Shown here: positions 30,301 to 39,546 of the stretch, piece by piece
Position numbering within the stretch: position 1 is the first letter of the stretch
Layout: each line of letters starts with the position of its first letter
Sequence record: ON922919
Length of the DNA: 64,000 bases
Source of the DNA: Escherichia phage vB_EcoM_PD205
Reading direction: 5' to 3' (one strand)
Notes under the pieces: generated by a model
Database searches by the model: none
Seen by the model: the letters and a program-made list of their open reading frames with translations, nothing else
What the model was told of the DNA's origin: nothing
Translations under genes and position numbers: made by a program

Positions 30301-33300
30301 CTGGTAGTGAGAATACTGATGTTGCTAACCAAGTATTGGCTACTAACTTAGATGACCGTATGCGTGTGCCAATGAGCATTTATGCTCCTTCACAGGCAGG
30401 TGTTGCAGGTATTCCATTTATGACCATCGGTACTGGTGATGGCATGATGATGCAGACCCTTTCTACTATGAAAGGTGCTCCGAAGAATACCCTGAAAATC
30501 TTTGATGGTATGAACATTGGCATTAATGACATCACTGATGCAAGCCGTAAAGCTAATGAGGCTGTATATACTTCCTGGCAGGGCAATCCTATCAAGAATG
30601 TTTATGATTCCTTTGCTAAGTTCATGAAGAATGTAGACTTCAGCAAACTGTCTGATGAAACCAAACAAGCTATCGCTAAGTCTGCTCTGGAGTATGACCA
30701 GCGTGAGGGTGCTACTGATGACCTGTTACGTGTTGGTGCTGAACAGATTGAACGTAACCTGCGTAACATTGCTTTAGGTGTAGATATTCGTCACAAGGTA
30801 ATGGACCAGGTACAAGTCACTGTTGACCAGATGGCTGCTGTAGGTGCTCCTTATGTGAACAACGGTAAAATCTCTTTGGAAGGTCTGACTGTAGACCAGC
30901 AAGTAGCTAAGCTGAACGAACTGTTTGATGCTGAATTAAACAAGCGTCGTGATGCAGTACGTGCTGCTAAAGCAGAACCAGTGAAAGAAGTACCAGCTAT
31001 GGAACAGGTTGGTCGTGTACTGAAGTCTGGTGTACGTCTGCTGTCTAATACTGCTATCGCTAAACTGGCTAAAGAGATGTCTCCTGAACAACAAGCAGTA
31101 TTAAAAGAAATACAGAAATCCCTTGCTGCCAAAGACTATAAGGTTGTTTACGGTACACCTTCTCAACTGGATGCTTATGCTATTGAGAAGAACATTACTC
31201 GCCCAGCACCGGAAGATATTGAAGCTGCTGAAGCAGGTAATGCATATGGCTGGACTAACTTTGAAGATAAGACCATCTACTTAGTTACCCCTTCCTTAGA
31301 GACTCTGGTTCATGAATTGGTACATGCTTCTACTTTTGAATCTGTACTGGCTCACTATGAGGGTACTCCTAATGAAGCAGTCCAGAACATTGAAGACCTG
31401 ATGAATCAGTTCCTTACTCTGGATGTTAAGGATGAATCCCCGGCAGTACGTGAAGCATATGCTGATGCACTGAATACCATTAATGGACACCTGTCTAATG
31501 GCTTCATTGAACCAGCGATGGCTAAAGCTGCTGCGTTGAATGAGTACATGGCATGGGGCTTAACCAACCGTGAACTGATTGGTAAGCAGAAGAAAACTAC
31601 TGCACTGAAAACTATGGTTCAGGCTGTATATGAAGCAATCAAACGTCTGGTATTCGGACGTAAGAAAGCTCCAGCTAATGCAGATGATATGTTCTCTGGC
31701 TTACTGTTTAACTCTGCTGTAGTAATGCGTGGACAAGCTCCTACTGCTGCTGTAGCCAAAGACACTACCCTGTTCCATAACAAAGCGTATGGTGAAAATA
31801 CTCGTCTGGAAGGGCTAGGGAAAACCTTTGATAAGTTGATTACTGACTACATTGGTTCAGAACCAGTACAGCAAGTAATTCGTAAAGGTAAGTTCTCTGA
31901 TGCAGTAGTGAATGCAACTAAAGTAACTCGTGATGTTCAGGCACATGGCTTCACCATGAATATGCAGGAACAGCGTCTATTTACTAACATTGTTGCTGCA
32001 CTAGCTACCGAGGCTGCTATTAACCCTGCTGCTTTGGCTCGTGCACAGGAATACTACACACATGTTACTAAGAACCTGACCGTTGAAGCATTCATGGCTG
32101 ACCCGGATAGTACTAACCCTGCTGACCGTTACTATGCACAGCAGAAGTTCGATACCATCATGGGTGCTAACAACATTGAGTTTGATGCACAAGGTCGTTC
32201 TTCCTTACTGCCTACCTTTGTTGGACTGGCAATGGTAAGTGAAGAGGTACGTAAAGTACTGGCTGATATTCCTGTTATGAAAGTAGATAAGAAATCAGGC
32301 AATACCGTTGATGCAATGCTGACTAACATCGGTACTGCTGCAATGGCTAGTCTGAATGCTCGTGTAGCAGGCGATACTAAAGCTACTAACGTACAGGAAG
32401 GTATGGATGCACTGGCTCAGACAATCATGCAGACCAGCCTTAATGCAGAATCCTTCTATGATTCCGTTGCTACTCCTACTGGTAATGCTATTGACCGTGC
32501 TAACCAGTATCTGGTGGACTCTATTGATGTACTGTCTACCCGTGCTTTGGAAGGTGCTCGTGAAGTTGCAGCTAATACCAAGAATCCATTGGTTAAAGGT
32601 GCTGCTCATGCTGCACAACTGATAGCTGCTATCGCTACAGAGAAGAATGGTTCAATCGTAGCTGAAGGTGTTATGGCTGCAATGAACCAAGGTAAAGTAT
32701 GGCAACCTTTCCATGACCTGGTTAATGACTTAACTGGTCGTACTAAGAGCAATGCTTCTGTTTATGATTTGATTAAAGCAGTACGTGCACAGGTACAGGC
32801 TGACCGTCAGCAATTCCGTGAGCATTTACCTACCACTATCGCATCTAAGTTCAGTCGTAAACTGACTAATGATGAGTGGAGAGCAATGCATACTGGTATG
32901 GGTAAGACTGACTTAGCTGTTCTGCGTGACACTATGTCTCTGGATGAAATCCGTGACCTGCTGACTGACCAGAAGATTGTTGACCGTGAGGTTAATAAAC
33001 TGGAAGCAGATTTGCAGAAACAAGCCGGACGTAACTGGCCTCTGATTAACCGTAAATCTAAGCAACTAGCTCAGTATATGATTAACGGTACGGTTGGTAA
33101 TAACCTGCTGCGTAATGCTACTGCAATTTCTCGCTTGCTGGGGGAACGTAAGACTACACGTTCTGTTGTAGATGTAGCTCAACTGGATAAATTGATTACC
33201 CTGTATGCACTGGAAGCAATGAGTAAGACTGACCGTGAGATGTTATCTTCACTGGCTCAGACAGAAATTGAAGGTATGGATTTTGCTACTTCTTATCTGG

Positions 33301-35114
33301 TTGGTCAGCGTAAAGATGAAATGGCTAAAGCTAAGTCTGATAGTCGTGCAACCTTGAACCAGTACAAAGGGTATATCCCTAGCGAGAACAAACAGGGAGT
33401 TAACCTGATTGTTGCTGAAGATAGTCAGTTCTCTGATTTGATTGAGAAATCCTATGTACGTCTGGGTACTTATCAGGGTAGTTCTGCTAACCGTGGTGCA
33501 GCACGTAGTTACTACTTTGCACCGGTACAGGCACAGGCTCCATTCTCACAGGGTATCCTACAGAACGTTCGCAATACTGCTGGTGGTGTAGACCTTGGTA
33601 CAGGCTTTACGATGGGAACCATGGTAGCTGGTCGTATCACTGACAAACCTTCCGTAGACCGTATTACTAAAGCACTGGCTCGTGGTGAACGTGGTAATGA
33701 ACCACTGCTGCCTGTATATGATGCCAATGGTAATGTGATTGCTTACGAGCAATCTATTGACCCTAATATGCTGAAGCACATTGAAGGTGAGAACCATCTT
33801 GCTCGTGCAATTGGTGTATGGCGTGGTCGTCAAGTAGAAGAAGCTAAGGCCCAGCGTTTCAACGATATTCTGATTGAGAATCTGCACAGCATGTATGAGA
33901 ACGACATTAAGATGTCTGCTTCTAATAAGTCCCAGTACGTTAACCTTCTTGGTTCTAAACTGGACCCAGTAACTGCCGATGCTCTTAAACTGATGAACAG
34001 TGAAACTCGTCAGAAAGCAGAAAGTCTGTTTGGTCCGGGTGAGTTGTGGGTACGTCGTGACATGCTTAATGATGCTTTAGGTTATCGTGCAGCTTCTGTG
34101 GGTGATGCCTGGTCTGGTAATTCTCGTTGGTCCCCAGAAACACTGGATACCTTCAAGAAAGCTATGCTTGGTGTCTTCGGTAACCGTGCCTATAAGTATG
34201 TAATGGGTGGTGAGAATCTGGTTCAAAACTTAGTTAAAGAAGCTAAGACTCTGATTGTAGTTAAATCAGTAGTCGTACCTGCTGTTAACTTCCTGGCTAA
34301 CCTTTACCAGATGGTTGCTCGTGGTGTACCTGTTAAGAATATTGCTAAGAGCATTCCACAGAAGACTGCTGAGATTAACCAGTATCTGAAATCTCGTCTG
34401 CGTCAGGTAGATGCAGAAGCAGAGTTACGTGCAGCTACTAACCCGAACCAGATTCGTAAGCTGAAGGCCGAGATTCAGTCCATCACGGATAGCCATAAGC
34501 GTTTAAGTATCTGGCCTCTGCTGGAAGCTGGCGAGTTCTCCTCAATTGCAGATGCTGGTATTGGACGTGATGACATCCTGATTACTGAAGGTAAACTTCA
34601 CGAGTACATGGATAAGCTGGCTGATAAGCTGCCTAAGTCTGTACGTAACGCAGGACGATATGCACTTATTACTAAGGATACTGCTCTGTTTCAGGGTATC
34701 CAGAAGACGGTTGAATACTCTGACTTTATCGCTAAGGCAATCATCTATGATGAACTGACTCAGCGTAAAGGTAAGACTCGTGAAGAAGCACTTGGACGTG
34801 TAACGGAAGAGTTCATTAACTATGACCGTTTGCCAGGTCGCTTCCGTGGGTATATGGAAAGTGTTGGTCTGATGTGGTTCTACAACTTTAAGATTCGTTC
34901 TGCAAAAGTTGCAGTGTCCATGATTCGTAACAACCCAGTCCATGCTGCTATGGCTATGTTGGCCCCAACTCCTACCATGTTTGGTAATGTTGGTCTGCCT
35001 ATTCAGGATAACATCTTTAGCATTGCTGCACAGGGTAACCTTGGTTACTCCTTCGGTTTCGGTCAAGGTTTACGTGCCCATAACCTTAACCCTTGGCTCA
35101 ACCTTACTAACTAA
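24342..35114 (+). CDS. virion RNA polymerase (giant N4-type vRNAP)
   Basis: single 3590-aa ORF; T7-like RNAP motif A-like YVEADGVTNGPINA and motif B-like LKRGIAKNPLTITIYGSG in the central region. Confidence 0.88.
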   Translation: MNRKHAMSTFDRLAGFADSITNAKQVDVSTATSRKQAAQGQSPFQLTPDNAYNLQTGRVGNLGIGAYEPGSLQADFTQASPLEIINKYGNEQGLQILNSRANAADAVRQDLSKQRTNAEAFGDILSGVGLGVANTLGGIAALGTGLVNDNAGASIASGLDWLNKGVHNLQSDALNARRNVVQNQNVISAQENDKLYKQDIAKGESELVASLSRIGRDAYDSVTNTLDNGMAATDGLAEGVGSLFTGGPLIRGVSALGKVMVGGDKAVKGITLAAELGSRPARIAQSAGRIAAPAIAIGGMEAGGAYQQTANEIMEMPFSELAAKSPVYQQHIKDGLSPEEARRQTASETGITAAGLTAPVAALTAPLVSKFELNPLKVGSLAGAGSNMLRETVEEGIQSGTSQLAQNKAIQGNVDAKRDLLKGVGEQTGLGALYGFGSAGVAQAPGTTVKAAGAAVGPAVRTTLAGASLAGKALAKVASPITTILVQRGEEVAKRNEQASPVSDATVNAAAQEATAQAEQAQATVQEAVDAMDISPEEKTAATQYAADLTQAMKFDPVELEQASPTIREAVSGSTNRVEAIQKMADLVNTAEDPNVQMEAAIQMYDNIMSMDSFINRDPGALANLEQGSPAAAIVDQFSGLMANVQNTPKVLRAFRAIHSMIQEQAEAGKLKATEEANQAQANNIAMAADMSPEVLDADSVNMVLKHASEGKITLGNRQRAALQSAAALLQGAREFDAKAEELGLRPQDIVSKQIKTDESRSNEGQYSALQHAKRIRSAYNSGNFDLASAYLDDFMKFAQHMQNKVGALNEHLISGNADKNKSVHYQALTPSREWVRSRTGLGVNPYDTKSVKFAQQVGLEAKTVADIANALATAYPELNVSHVKVTPLDSRLDKPAAQVVKEFRQGNLDAAQSQQTNEPVNQVDETPVTKQEPVTPTVQTKPSVSEAVKTEPTNKESNPQTAKEPENQSEKQDTIKQSTESERDAYVKENTISQDTLNKYGDRRESPWLFADGTVVGSNGDHISLSDVFGHDGYRDMSLDTGAIRSTFYKGSEQPFVSLQLFDNQKLTPEQFNTVQSFVEANNALIQVGVDTSGRNTNNVKKEEVSLAQLKADYTVGGKPLSEMETVFPVYNNDKTPNQFLKAFTLPEEPKSRTIGSESPLTDVKKALSSVARFEAFTQKENNALTSDVIKRYQDLFDFGETLKTTLSDRLAKFLANKNVGKRFAEGTEANRWVGGKLLNIVEKDGDTFKFNDQLLETAVLAGLQWRLTATQNAAIKDMKDVAAITGVEASLLPEGILADFENAQTLVEATNSLAQKIESYWGLNRNPNAPLGYTKGIPMAMATEILSSLIEMGEVKESMLDVSEIDPESNKTVGLYTIEKLDDNDAINKFPTAIEEAVLVEPVEKLYLGDDIPSVAQTQLRNPAVKNTPEQKAALKAEQATEFRVHMPMVNFYEALGRDNILELMGAGALTPELLNVNTAKSLEGKNLSVSMAYDSLFGVINQIKEQENGLDTPIHYGYNMTRVGRMQMLGKNNPQSSKLVREAILPTFSTIDLSNENSQTFSDFQLGLAQALGIKVHKMSREVMSDELTKALEGKLKPAVDMMVEFDKSGHLPTDAVDILKTSLGNDKSFVALMALMEYARYLNSDDRANFNTPLYVEADGVTNGPINAMVLMTGGKFTSDWIKNTAKGGLFFGKAGKTMNEHHSHEDSVDLYEASTNSLQQALNELRSTYRNNVPVTNQMKHLQKLMDLFIKDFNLNEDGTLDLKRGIAKNPLTITIYGSGARGIAGKMVSAITDTIYERFSDVLQARAADPSISPAMAMFGKEAASEADAQAMLDTFLTSMEALTGNVPVMRKGELSIQQAEGALSGKLDPQKFTVSGNALKNLQENMLHLFVEPMRTGIRNTVGEGLMHSTENLQKATQIQSLVLQDMFQQAVQAKLTEKEKDPTWKKGDFLTQKELNEIQASLSPLAPMIETGSQTFYIAGSENTDVANQVLATNLDDRMRVPMSIYAPSQAGVAGIPFMTIGTGDGMMMQTLSTMKGAPKNTLKIFDGMNIGINDITDASRKANEAVYTSWQGNPIKNVYDSFAKFMKNVDFSKLSDETKQAIAKSALEYDQREGATDDLLRVGAEQIERNLRNIALGVDIRHKVMDQVQVTVDQMAAVGAPYVNNGKISLEGLTVDQQVAKLNELFDAELNKRRDAVRAAKAEPVKEVPAMEQVGRVLKSGVRLLSNTAIAKLAKEMSPEQQAVLKEIQKSLAAKDYKVVYGTPSQLDAYAIEKNITRPAPEDIEAAEAGNAYGWTNFEDKTIYLVTPSLETLVHELVHASTFESVLAHYEGTPNEAVQNIEDLMNQFLTLDVKDESPAVREAYADALNTINGHLSNGFIEPAMAKAAALNEYMAWGLTNRELIGKQKKTTALKTMVQAVYEAIKRLVFGRKKAPANADDMFSGLLFNSAVVMRGQAPTAAVAKDTTLFHNKAYGENTRLEGLGKTFDKLITDYIGSEPVQQVIRKGKFSDAVVNATKVTRDVQAHGFTMNMQEQRLFTNIVAALATEAAINPAALARAQEYYTHVTKNLTVEAFMADPDSTNPADRYYAQQKFDTIMGANNIEFDAQGRSSLLPTFVGLAMVSEEVRKVLADIPVMKVDKKSGNTVDAMLTNIGTAAMASLNARVAGDTKATNVQEGMDALAQTIMQTSLNAESFYDSVATPTGNAIDRANQYLVDSIDVLSTRALEGAREVAANTKNPLVKGAAHAAQLIAAIATEKNGSIVAEGVMAAMNQGKVWQPFHDLVNDLTGRTKSNASVYDLIKAVRAQVQADRQQFREHLPTTIASKFSRKLTNDEWRAMHTGMGKTDLAVLRDTMSLDEIRDLLTDQKIVDREVNKLEADLQKQAGRNWPLINRKSKQLAQYMINGTVGNNLLRNATAISRLLGERKTTRSVVDVAQLDKLITLYALEAMSKTDREMLSSLAQTEIEGMDFATSYLVGQRKDEMAKAKSDSRATLNQYKGYIPSENKQGVNLIVAEDSQFSDLIEKSYVRLGTYQGSSANRGAARSYYFAPVQAQAPFSQGILQNVRNTAGGVDLGTGFTMGTMVAGRITDKPSVDRITKALARGERGNEPLLPVYDANGNVIAYEQSIDPNMLKHIEGENHLARAIGVWRGRQVEEAKAQRFNDILIENLHSMYENDIKMSASNKSQYVNLLGSKLDPVTADALKLMNSETRQKAESLFGPGELWVRRDMLNDALGYRAASVGDAWSGNSRWSPETLDTFKKAMLGVFGNRAYKYVMGGENLVQNLVKEAKTLIVVKSVVVPAVNFLANLYQMVARGVPVKNIAKSIPQKTAEINQYLKSRLRQVDAEAELRAATNPNQIRKLKAEIQSITDSHKRLSIWPLLEAGEFSSIADAGIGRDDILITEGKLHEYMDKLADKLPKSVRNAGRYALITKDTALFQGIQKTVEYSDFIAKAIIYDELTQRKGKTREEALGRVTEEFINYDRLPGRFRGYMESVGLMWFYNFKIRSAKVAVSMIRNNPVHAAMAMLAPTPTMFGNVGLPIQDNIFSIAAQGNLGYSFGFGQGLRAHNLNPWLNLTN

Positions 35115-35120
35115 ATGAAA

Positions 35121-35142
35121 AAGCCCCCCTAATGAGGGGCTT
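35121..35142 (+). terminator. stem-loop after vRNAP gene
   Basis: AGCCCC...GGGGCT hairpin directly after stop codon. Confidence 0.45.
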
Positions 35143-35177
35143 CTACTAATACTCATACTAGATGTGCTGTAAATGAT

Positions 35178-35411
35178 TTATTTACATTTTCCCCACATCT
35201 TAGGTTTACGCCCCTCGCTTGGAAATTTACCAGTCTCTTTAATCTTCCGTAATGTTTCCTCTGATGGGAACCACAGGAATGAGAAGTAAAGTTTCTTGGC
35301 TACGTAACGAGTTACTCCCAGTTTCTCTGAGATTTCATCGAATGAATATGTACGAACAGTATTGTTGAGAATGGCCTCACGAACAACAGTGGTAATAGAT
35401 ACTTGTGTCAT
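35178..35411 (-). CDS. small HTH-like DNA-binding protein
   Basis: 77 aa; segment FDEISEKLGVTRYVAKKL resembles a helix-turn-helix. Confidence 0.35.
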   Translation of the reverse strand: MTQVSITTVVREAILNNTVRTYSFDEISEKLGVTRYVAKKLYFSFLWFPSEETLRKIKETGKFPSEGRKPKMWGKCK

Positions 35412-35431
35412 GTGTATTTCCTATAAATGAG

Positions 35432-35465
35432 AAAGCCCTCACTAGGAGGGCTTGTTTTGTTTTGG
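35432..35465 (+). terminator. hairpin with T-tract (possible bidirectional terminator)
   Basis: AGCCCTC-ACTAG-GAGGGCT followed by TTGTTTTGTTTTGG. Confidence 0.5.
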
Positions 35466-35534
35466 CTTATAGAGCCTTACTACTTTGTCGGGTAGTTCAG
35501 TACCTTTCGGTAAAAACTACCTTACACCTTTGAA

Positions 35535-35927
35535 TCAGATTGTACAACCACCACCATCACAGGTATTGTTTTCTGCAAAGGAAGCCAGAGCTTTAGCAGT
35601 CTCTTCTTTCTCATGCAGTGCCTGACGTAGCAGGTAACCCTCTAATTCCCAAATCTTATTGAATGCATTTTCATATGCATACTGACGACCTTTTTGCTCA
35701 TCATAGATAGTCGGGTCTACACAAGCAGATACGCCTTCAACTTTGAATCCATTTTCCAGGATGATAATGCAATGGGTTACCAGACCCAGGTTAGCCAAAT
35801 CATCTGCTGGGATTGCTGAAGGGTCAACGAATGCAGACTTCACTGCGTCAGCACCATTAAAATAGTAGACGCTCTTAATCTTAGCTTCGATTGCTTCTTT
35901 ACTTACTGTTGCCATTATTAGCCTCAT
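35535..35927 (-). CDS. hypothetical protein
   Basis: 130-aa ORF; C-terminal Cys-rich tail (NNTCDGGGCTI). Confidence 0.4.
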   Translation of the reverse strand: MRLIMATVSKEAIEAKIKSVYYFNGADAVKSAFVDPSAIPADDLANLGLVTHCIIILENGFKVEGVSACVDPTIYDEQKGRQYAYENAFNKIWELEGYLLRQALHEKEETAKALASFAENNTCDGGGCTI

Positions 35928-35984
35928 AGAGTGGTTTGAGTTTGTACTTAAACATGATTGTGCTTACTAATACTCAAATAAAAA

Positions 35985-36004
35985 AGTCCCTCCGAAGAGG
36001 GACT
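35985..36004 (-). terminator. intrinsic terminator
   Basis: AGTCCCTC-CGAA-GAGGGACT 8-bp hairpin preceded on + strand by AAAAAA (T-tract on - strand). Confidence 0.6.
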
Positions 36005-37018
36005 TAGTAGCTTTAACGCAGCTAACGAGGCTTGTATGAGTGCTGGGATTTGCAACTCCCAGCATATCCCCACCGTTTTAGCTGACGGCAAACAGAGATT
36101 GATAGTCTCAGAGGATACTTTACTCAGGCTAGGATTTAAGGAGTTCCTATTCTCCAGCGAAATTCCCGTCGAGGGGAATAACAATACAATAGCAGCCACT
36201 GGACTGTCTTACCAGTGTTGTCTTTAGAGTGCAATGCAATCAGGACTATGTTACTGCTAAATAGGTTGAGTCATGCCAGACTTTAACTGGCTCCTTCTTC
36301 GCAATCCTTACATACCCCTACATAATTATTGCGTTAAGCTTTTTTGTTTAAGTTTAAGTGAAGGCGTTCTTGCTGACTCATAATAGGGTGGGCGTTTGAC
36401 GAATGACTAGTTCGTTACTACCCGTTTGCCATAAGTACCTGGCGACTTTGGTTTGAGGTGGGAGTCCGATTCCTGTACAGCCTTACCGTTCACACATTGG
36501 CAGCGTATCTAGAATAGCACTTCCAGCAACTGGATTTAACTGTTACACCTCAAATCTGGTAGGGGCGTCCAGAAGTCTCATCTGGTACTTACGCTGTCGT
36601 ATGGTTACGACTTACCCCCATAGTTAGTTGCTCGGATCACCCCCTTGACTAAAGTGACCTTTGAGGGGCTACGCTACACTATGTGTTTCATCCCATTACA
36701 GAGAATCATCAGGCGTATTAGTTGGTCACCCCGGATACCTACTTGCCGAGCATTGGTATCGTATGGCTCGTCCAATTAGAAGTAGCACTGTTGCAGTCGT
36801 CACTGCTCATAGGTAAGGATTCGAACCTTACAATACCATTGGTTTGCAACGTCGCTGTACCATTTCGCGTTCTATGCAATGCTACTTTGAATTGGTTACC
36901 AGTGAGGGATTCGAACCCCCGGTTGGAGTCTATAGCTTACCGCAGCAGCCCTCCAATCTAGCGGTGTCACACTTAGTCCAAACTTGAACATGTCAAGCCA
37001 TCTCGTGCAACTGGTAAT

Positions 37019-37084
37019 TGGTTCCGGCGTCTGGACTCGAACCAGAACACTCATGCCGTGCACGACACTAGTACCTACACCGGA
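37019..37084 (-). tRNA. tRNA-like element (short, identity unresolved)
   Basis: on - strand: 7-bp acceptor stem TCCGGTG/CGCCGGA, T-arm TCTGG-TTCGAGT-CCAGA, encoded 3-prime ACCA; only ~29 nt between acceptor and T-arm, so D/anticodon arms are not canonical. Confidence 0.35.
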
Positions 37085-37258
37085 ATAAATTGCCAGGGAT
37101 TCCACCTGGCTCCATCTGTTTTTATAGTCACTCAGATATCGTCTGGACTTGCTGTGGAGTGACGCACCATCTCACTCTTGAATGTTAACCCATTCCCAGC
37201 CCCACAACACACTCTACGGTTAAGATTATCGCGTGTGTTGTATGGTCTTGCTGGTCAC

Positions 37259-37337
37259 AACAGGTAAGAGCATTTAACAGAAGATAGGTCTGATTGCCTC
37301 GGATAATTTCTCAGTAGCCTAAATGCTCTTACCTGTT
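37259..37337. repeat. 17-bp perfect inverted repeat (long hairpin, 45-nt loop)
   Basis: AACAGGTAAGAGCATTT at 37259-37275 and its exact reverse complement at 37321-37337. Confidence 0.8.
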
Positions 37338-37610
37338 GGTTCCCCGTTTCTAATACACGGACGGGGACACTCCATGGTCGTTTGATAATCAGGACGACTC
37401 ACTCCTGACTGACGCTTGGCTTATTAGGCTGCCATCAGAACAACATCATCGTTTGCATTTATGTTATTGGTTCGTTTCTAAAAAACCGCATAATCGCTTA
37501 CGAAAACTATCAAAGAGTACACTAGCACAGGTAGCTACCCTGCCGTCTTCTCTATTTACACCGGCTACAGTGTAAACCTCCGCACGTTAGCCTAATGTAC
37601 TCATTGATAG

Positions 37611-37680
37611 GATGTCAGTAGGTCGGGGGCTGGATTCGAACCAGCGAGAGAAGTAGCGACCATCTGCACATGCCTACGTG
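37611..37680 (-). tRNA. putative tRNA gene (anticodon unresolved)
   Basis: on - strand: 7-bp acceptor stem GTCGGGG/CCCCGAC, D-stem GCAC/GTGC with GG in loop, T-arm GCTGG-TTCGAAT-CCAGC; anticodon stem imperfect by hand folding. Confidence 0.45.
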
Positions 37681-38510
37681 CTACCCCGACCATTATAATA
37701 GGAGGGAGGGGACGAGTCCTCCCTTTATACCCTATATTGCATGTAAGACCTAACAATTCGATGCTGTAGGTAGCTATGCTATCCGACATTTAACCCAGCC
37801 CATATAGGGGCTTATGTGATTAAAATGCTCAACATTGAGCGGTTAGTTTGATAAGGGATCTGAAGCCTTATCCCAAAGATACTAACCTTTGGGATATAGC
37901 CTATCATTCAGAAATGGCCCCTATAGGGAGAGGCCATTGATTAACCCGAATGTTGCTTTACATTTGCTGTGATAACCTATTCTTAAAATAGTCTACCTGA
38001 CGGATGGGCATAAACCCTAGCGTCAGTGCCATACGGCAAAGATTAAGTTAAGAAAGGTTATGATAGGAGTTCCTATCTCAAAGGATTCTGACAGAACCCT
38101 TCACGATATTAACTACTCTTTTTCAATGCTTCAACTTCACCCTCTTTATACCAAGCATACGGTATTAAGATTTTGCAGCCTTATGAATCAATGTGGAATG
38201 CTTTGTTTCCTTCAGCAGGTTCTCCACCCATGAAAGAACTAACCTTTCCATTGAGCCAGTGAATAGTAAATTTGTTCATATTAACCCCGGTTGAACCAAT
38301 GGACTTCGGAGAGTATTAAAGCCCACTGGTTCGGTTGTTGTTATTCTGGCGGCTTGTCACCACCGTGTTTACCACTGCATTTCCACAGGATAATGACAGT
38401 GATGATAAAAGCTATGTATGGAGCCGACACGTCTATAATCCTGACCAGTAGTAGCATCAGGACTATAAACACTACCACACCTAGCAGCAGCTTCTGAGCC
38501 ACCTACCAGA

Positions 38511-38990
38511 TTAACTACGTTTCAGGCCAGCGAACAGTGAAGGCTTCGCAGCAGGTTTCTCTGCTGGTTCTTCAGCCTTAACTTCCTCCTGCACAACTTC
38601 TTCTTGTGCTTCTGGTTCAGCTACTGCTTCTTCAGGTTCCGGCGTAGAACTCTCGTTCTGACCACCAACTGAGGTCGGGGCATCTACTTTCGGTCCCAGA
38701 GGTGCTCCCTCCTTTACTGATTCAGTAACAACTTGCTCACCAACCTCAGGTTCTGAGGTTGAGTCAACAGGACGATGTTTGGCTTCTTGTGGATTCTTAC
38801 GAGGACGGCGGGTCTTCTTCTCTACCAAGGGTGGAGTGTCATCACTATGACCGACCTCTTCATTGATACCAATAGTGGCAGTACCATCTGCATTCACCAG
38901 GATATTAATGTCCCCGGCAAGATTAACTTGTTCATTTACATAAGCTTCAATAGCAGCTTCTACTTCAGACTGGTTCAGAACGATTTGCAT
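38511..38990 (-). CDS. hypothetical acidic low-complexity protein
   Basis: 159-aa ORF, Glu/Pro/Ala-rich C-terminal half. Confidence 0.4.
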   Translation of the reverse strand: MQIVLNQSEVEAAIEAYVNEQVNLAGDINILVNADGTATIGINEEVGHSDDTPPLVEKKTRRPRKNPQEAKHRPVDSTSEPEVGEQVVTESVKEGAPLGPKVDAPTSVGGQNESSTPEPEEAVAEPEAQEEVVQEEVKAEEPAEKPAAKPSLFAGLKRS

Positions 38991-38991
38991 A

Positions 38992-39546
38992 TTATGCCTT
39001 TATTAATTTAATGAGATTCTGGAAAGCTGGTAGATTTACCCCAGCGTGGATTGCACCGATTGCATCAGCTAAGTGCTCATTCTTATTCAGAAGTTTACCT
39101 TTCTTATCCGTGAGCCAGTTGGCTTCAGGATAGATAGCATGAGCAGCACGAATCATCGTGTCTTTGGATGCAGTTTTATCACCGACCAGTGCAAGTTTGT
39201 TTTCAATTGGGGATACTTCAAAGATTGGGCAACCCAATGCACGGAATGCACCGATTAATCCTACGCATACACCATAGGACTTCATACCATTAGCAGACTG
39301 AGAGCCTACTGGTACTTCTACGAATACTGCTTTAGCAGACCGTAACCATTCCTCACAACCAAGAAACAAATCATGGGCAGCTTGTATATCTTTGGAGTTG
39401 GTTCGAACTTGTTTGTTGTGGTCAACTTCAGTTTGAATCAGTTTAAGTTCGACCTGCTCGAAGACACCGGATTCAATGTCCAGCATCCCACGAGCTAATC
39501 CCCAATTGCGGAGGCTAATGTCTGCACCGACAATTGGGATTTTCAT
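38992..39546 (-). CDS. possible RuvC/YqgF-like Holliday-junction resolvase
   Basis: 184 aa; N-terminus MKIPIVGADISLRNWG resembles the first strand and acidic residue of RNase-H-fold resolvases. Confidence 0.3.
   Translation of the reverse strand: MKIPIVGADISLRNWGLARGMLDIESGVFEQVELKLIQTEVDHNKQVRTNSKDIQAAHDLFLGCEEWLRSAKAVFVEVPVGSQSANGMKSYGVCVGLIGAFRALGCPIFEVSPIENKLALVGDKTASKDTMIRAAHAIYPEANWLTDKKGKLLNKNEHLADAIGAIHAGVNLPAFQNLIKLIKA

Noticed and set aside
34542-35066. 174-aa ORF on the - strand inside the vRNAP gene
   Set aside because: Antisense to a clearly coding giant ORF; no independent support.
36790-36975. Two further T-arm-like motifs (about 36817 and 36907) as tRNA genes
   Set aside because: No complementary acceptor stem could be found by hand, so they are reported only as tRNA-like remnants inside the non-coding-region finding.
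35948-38497. Short ORFs (60-83 aa) in the non-coding region
   Set aside because: They overlap hairpins and tRNA-like elements on both strands and have no start-context support; probably non-coding.
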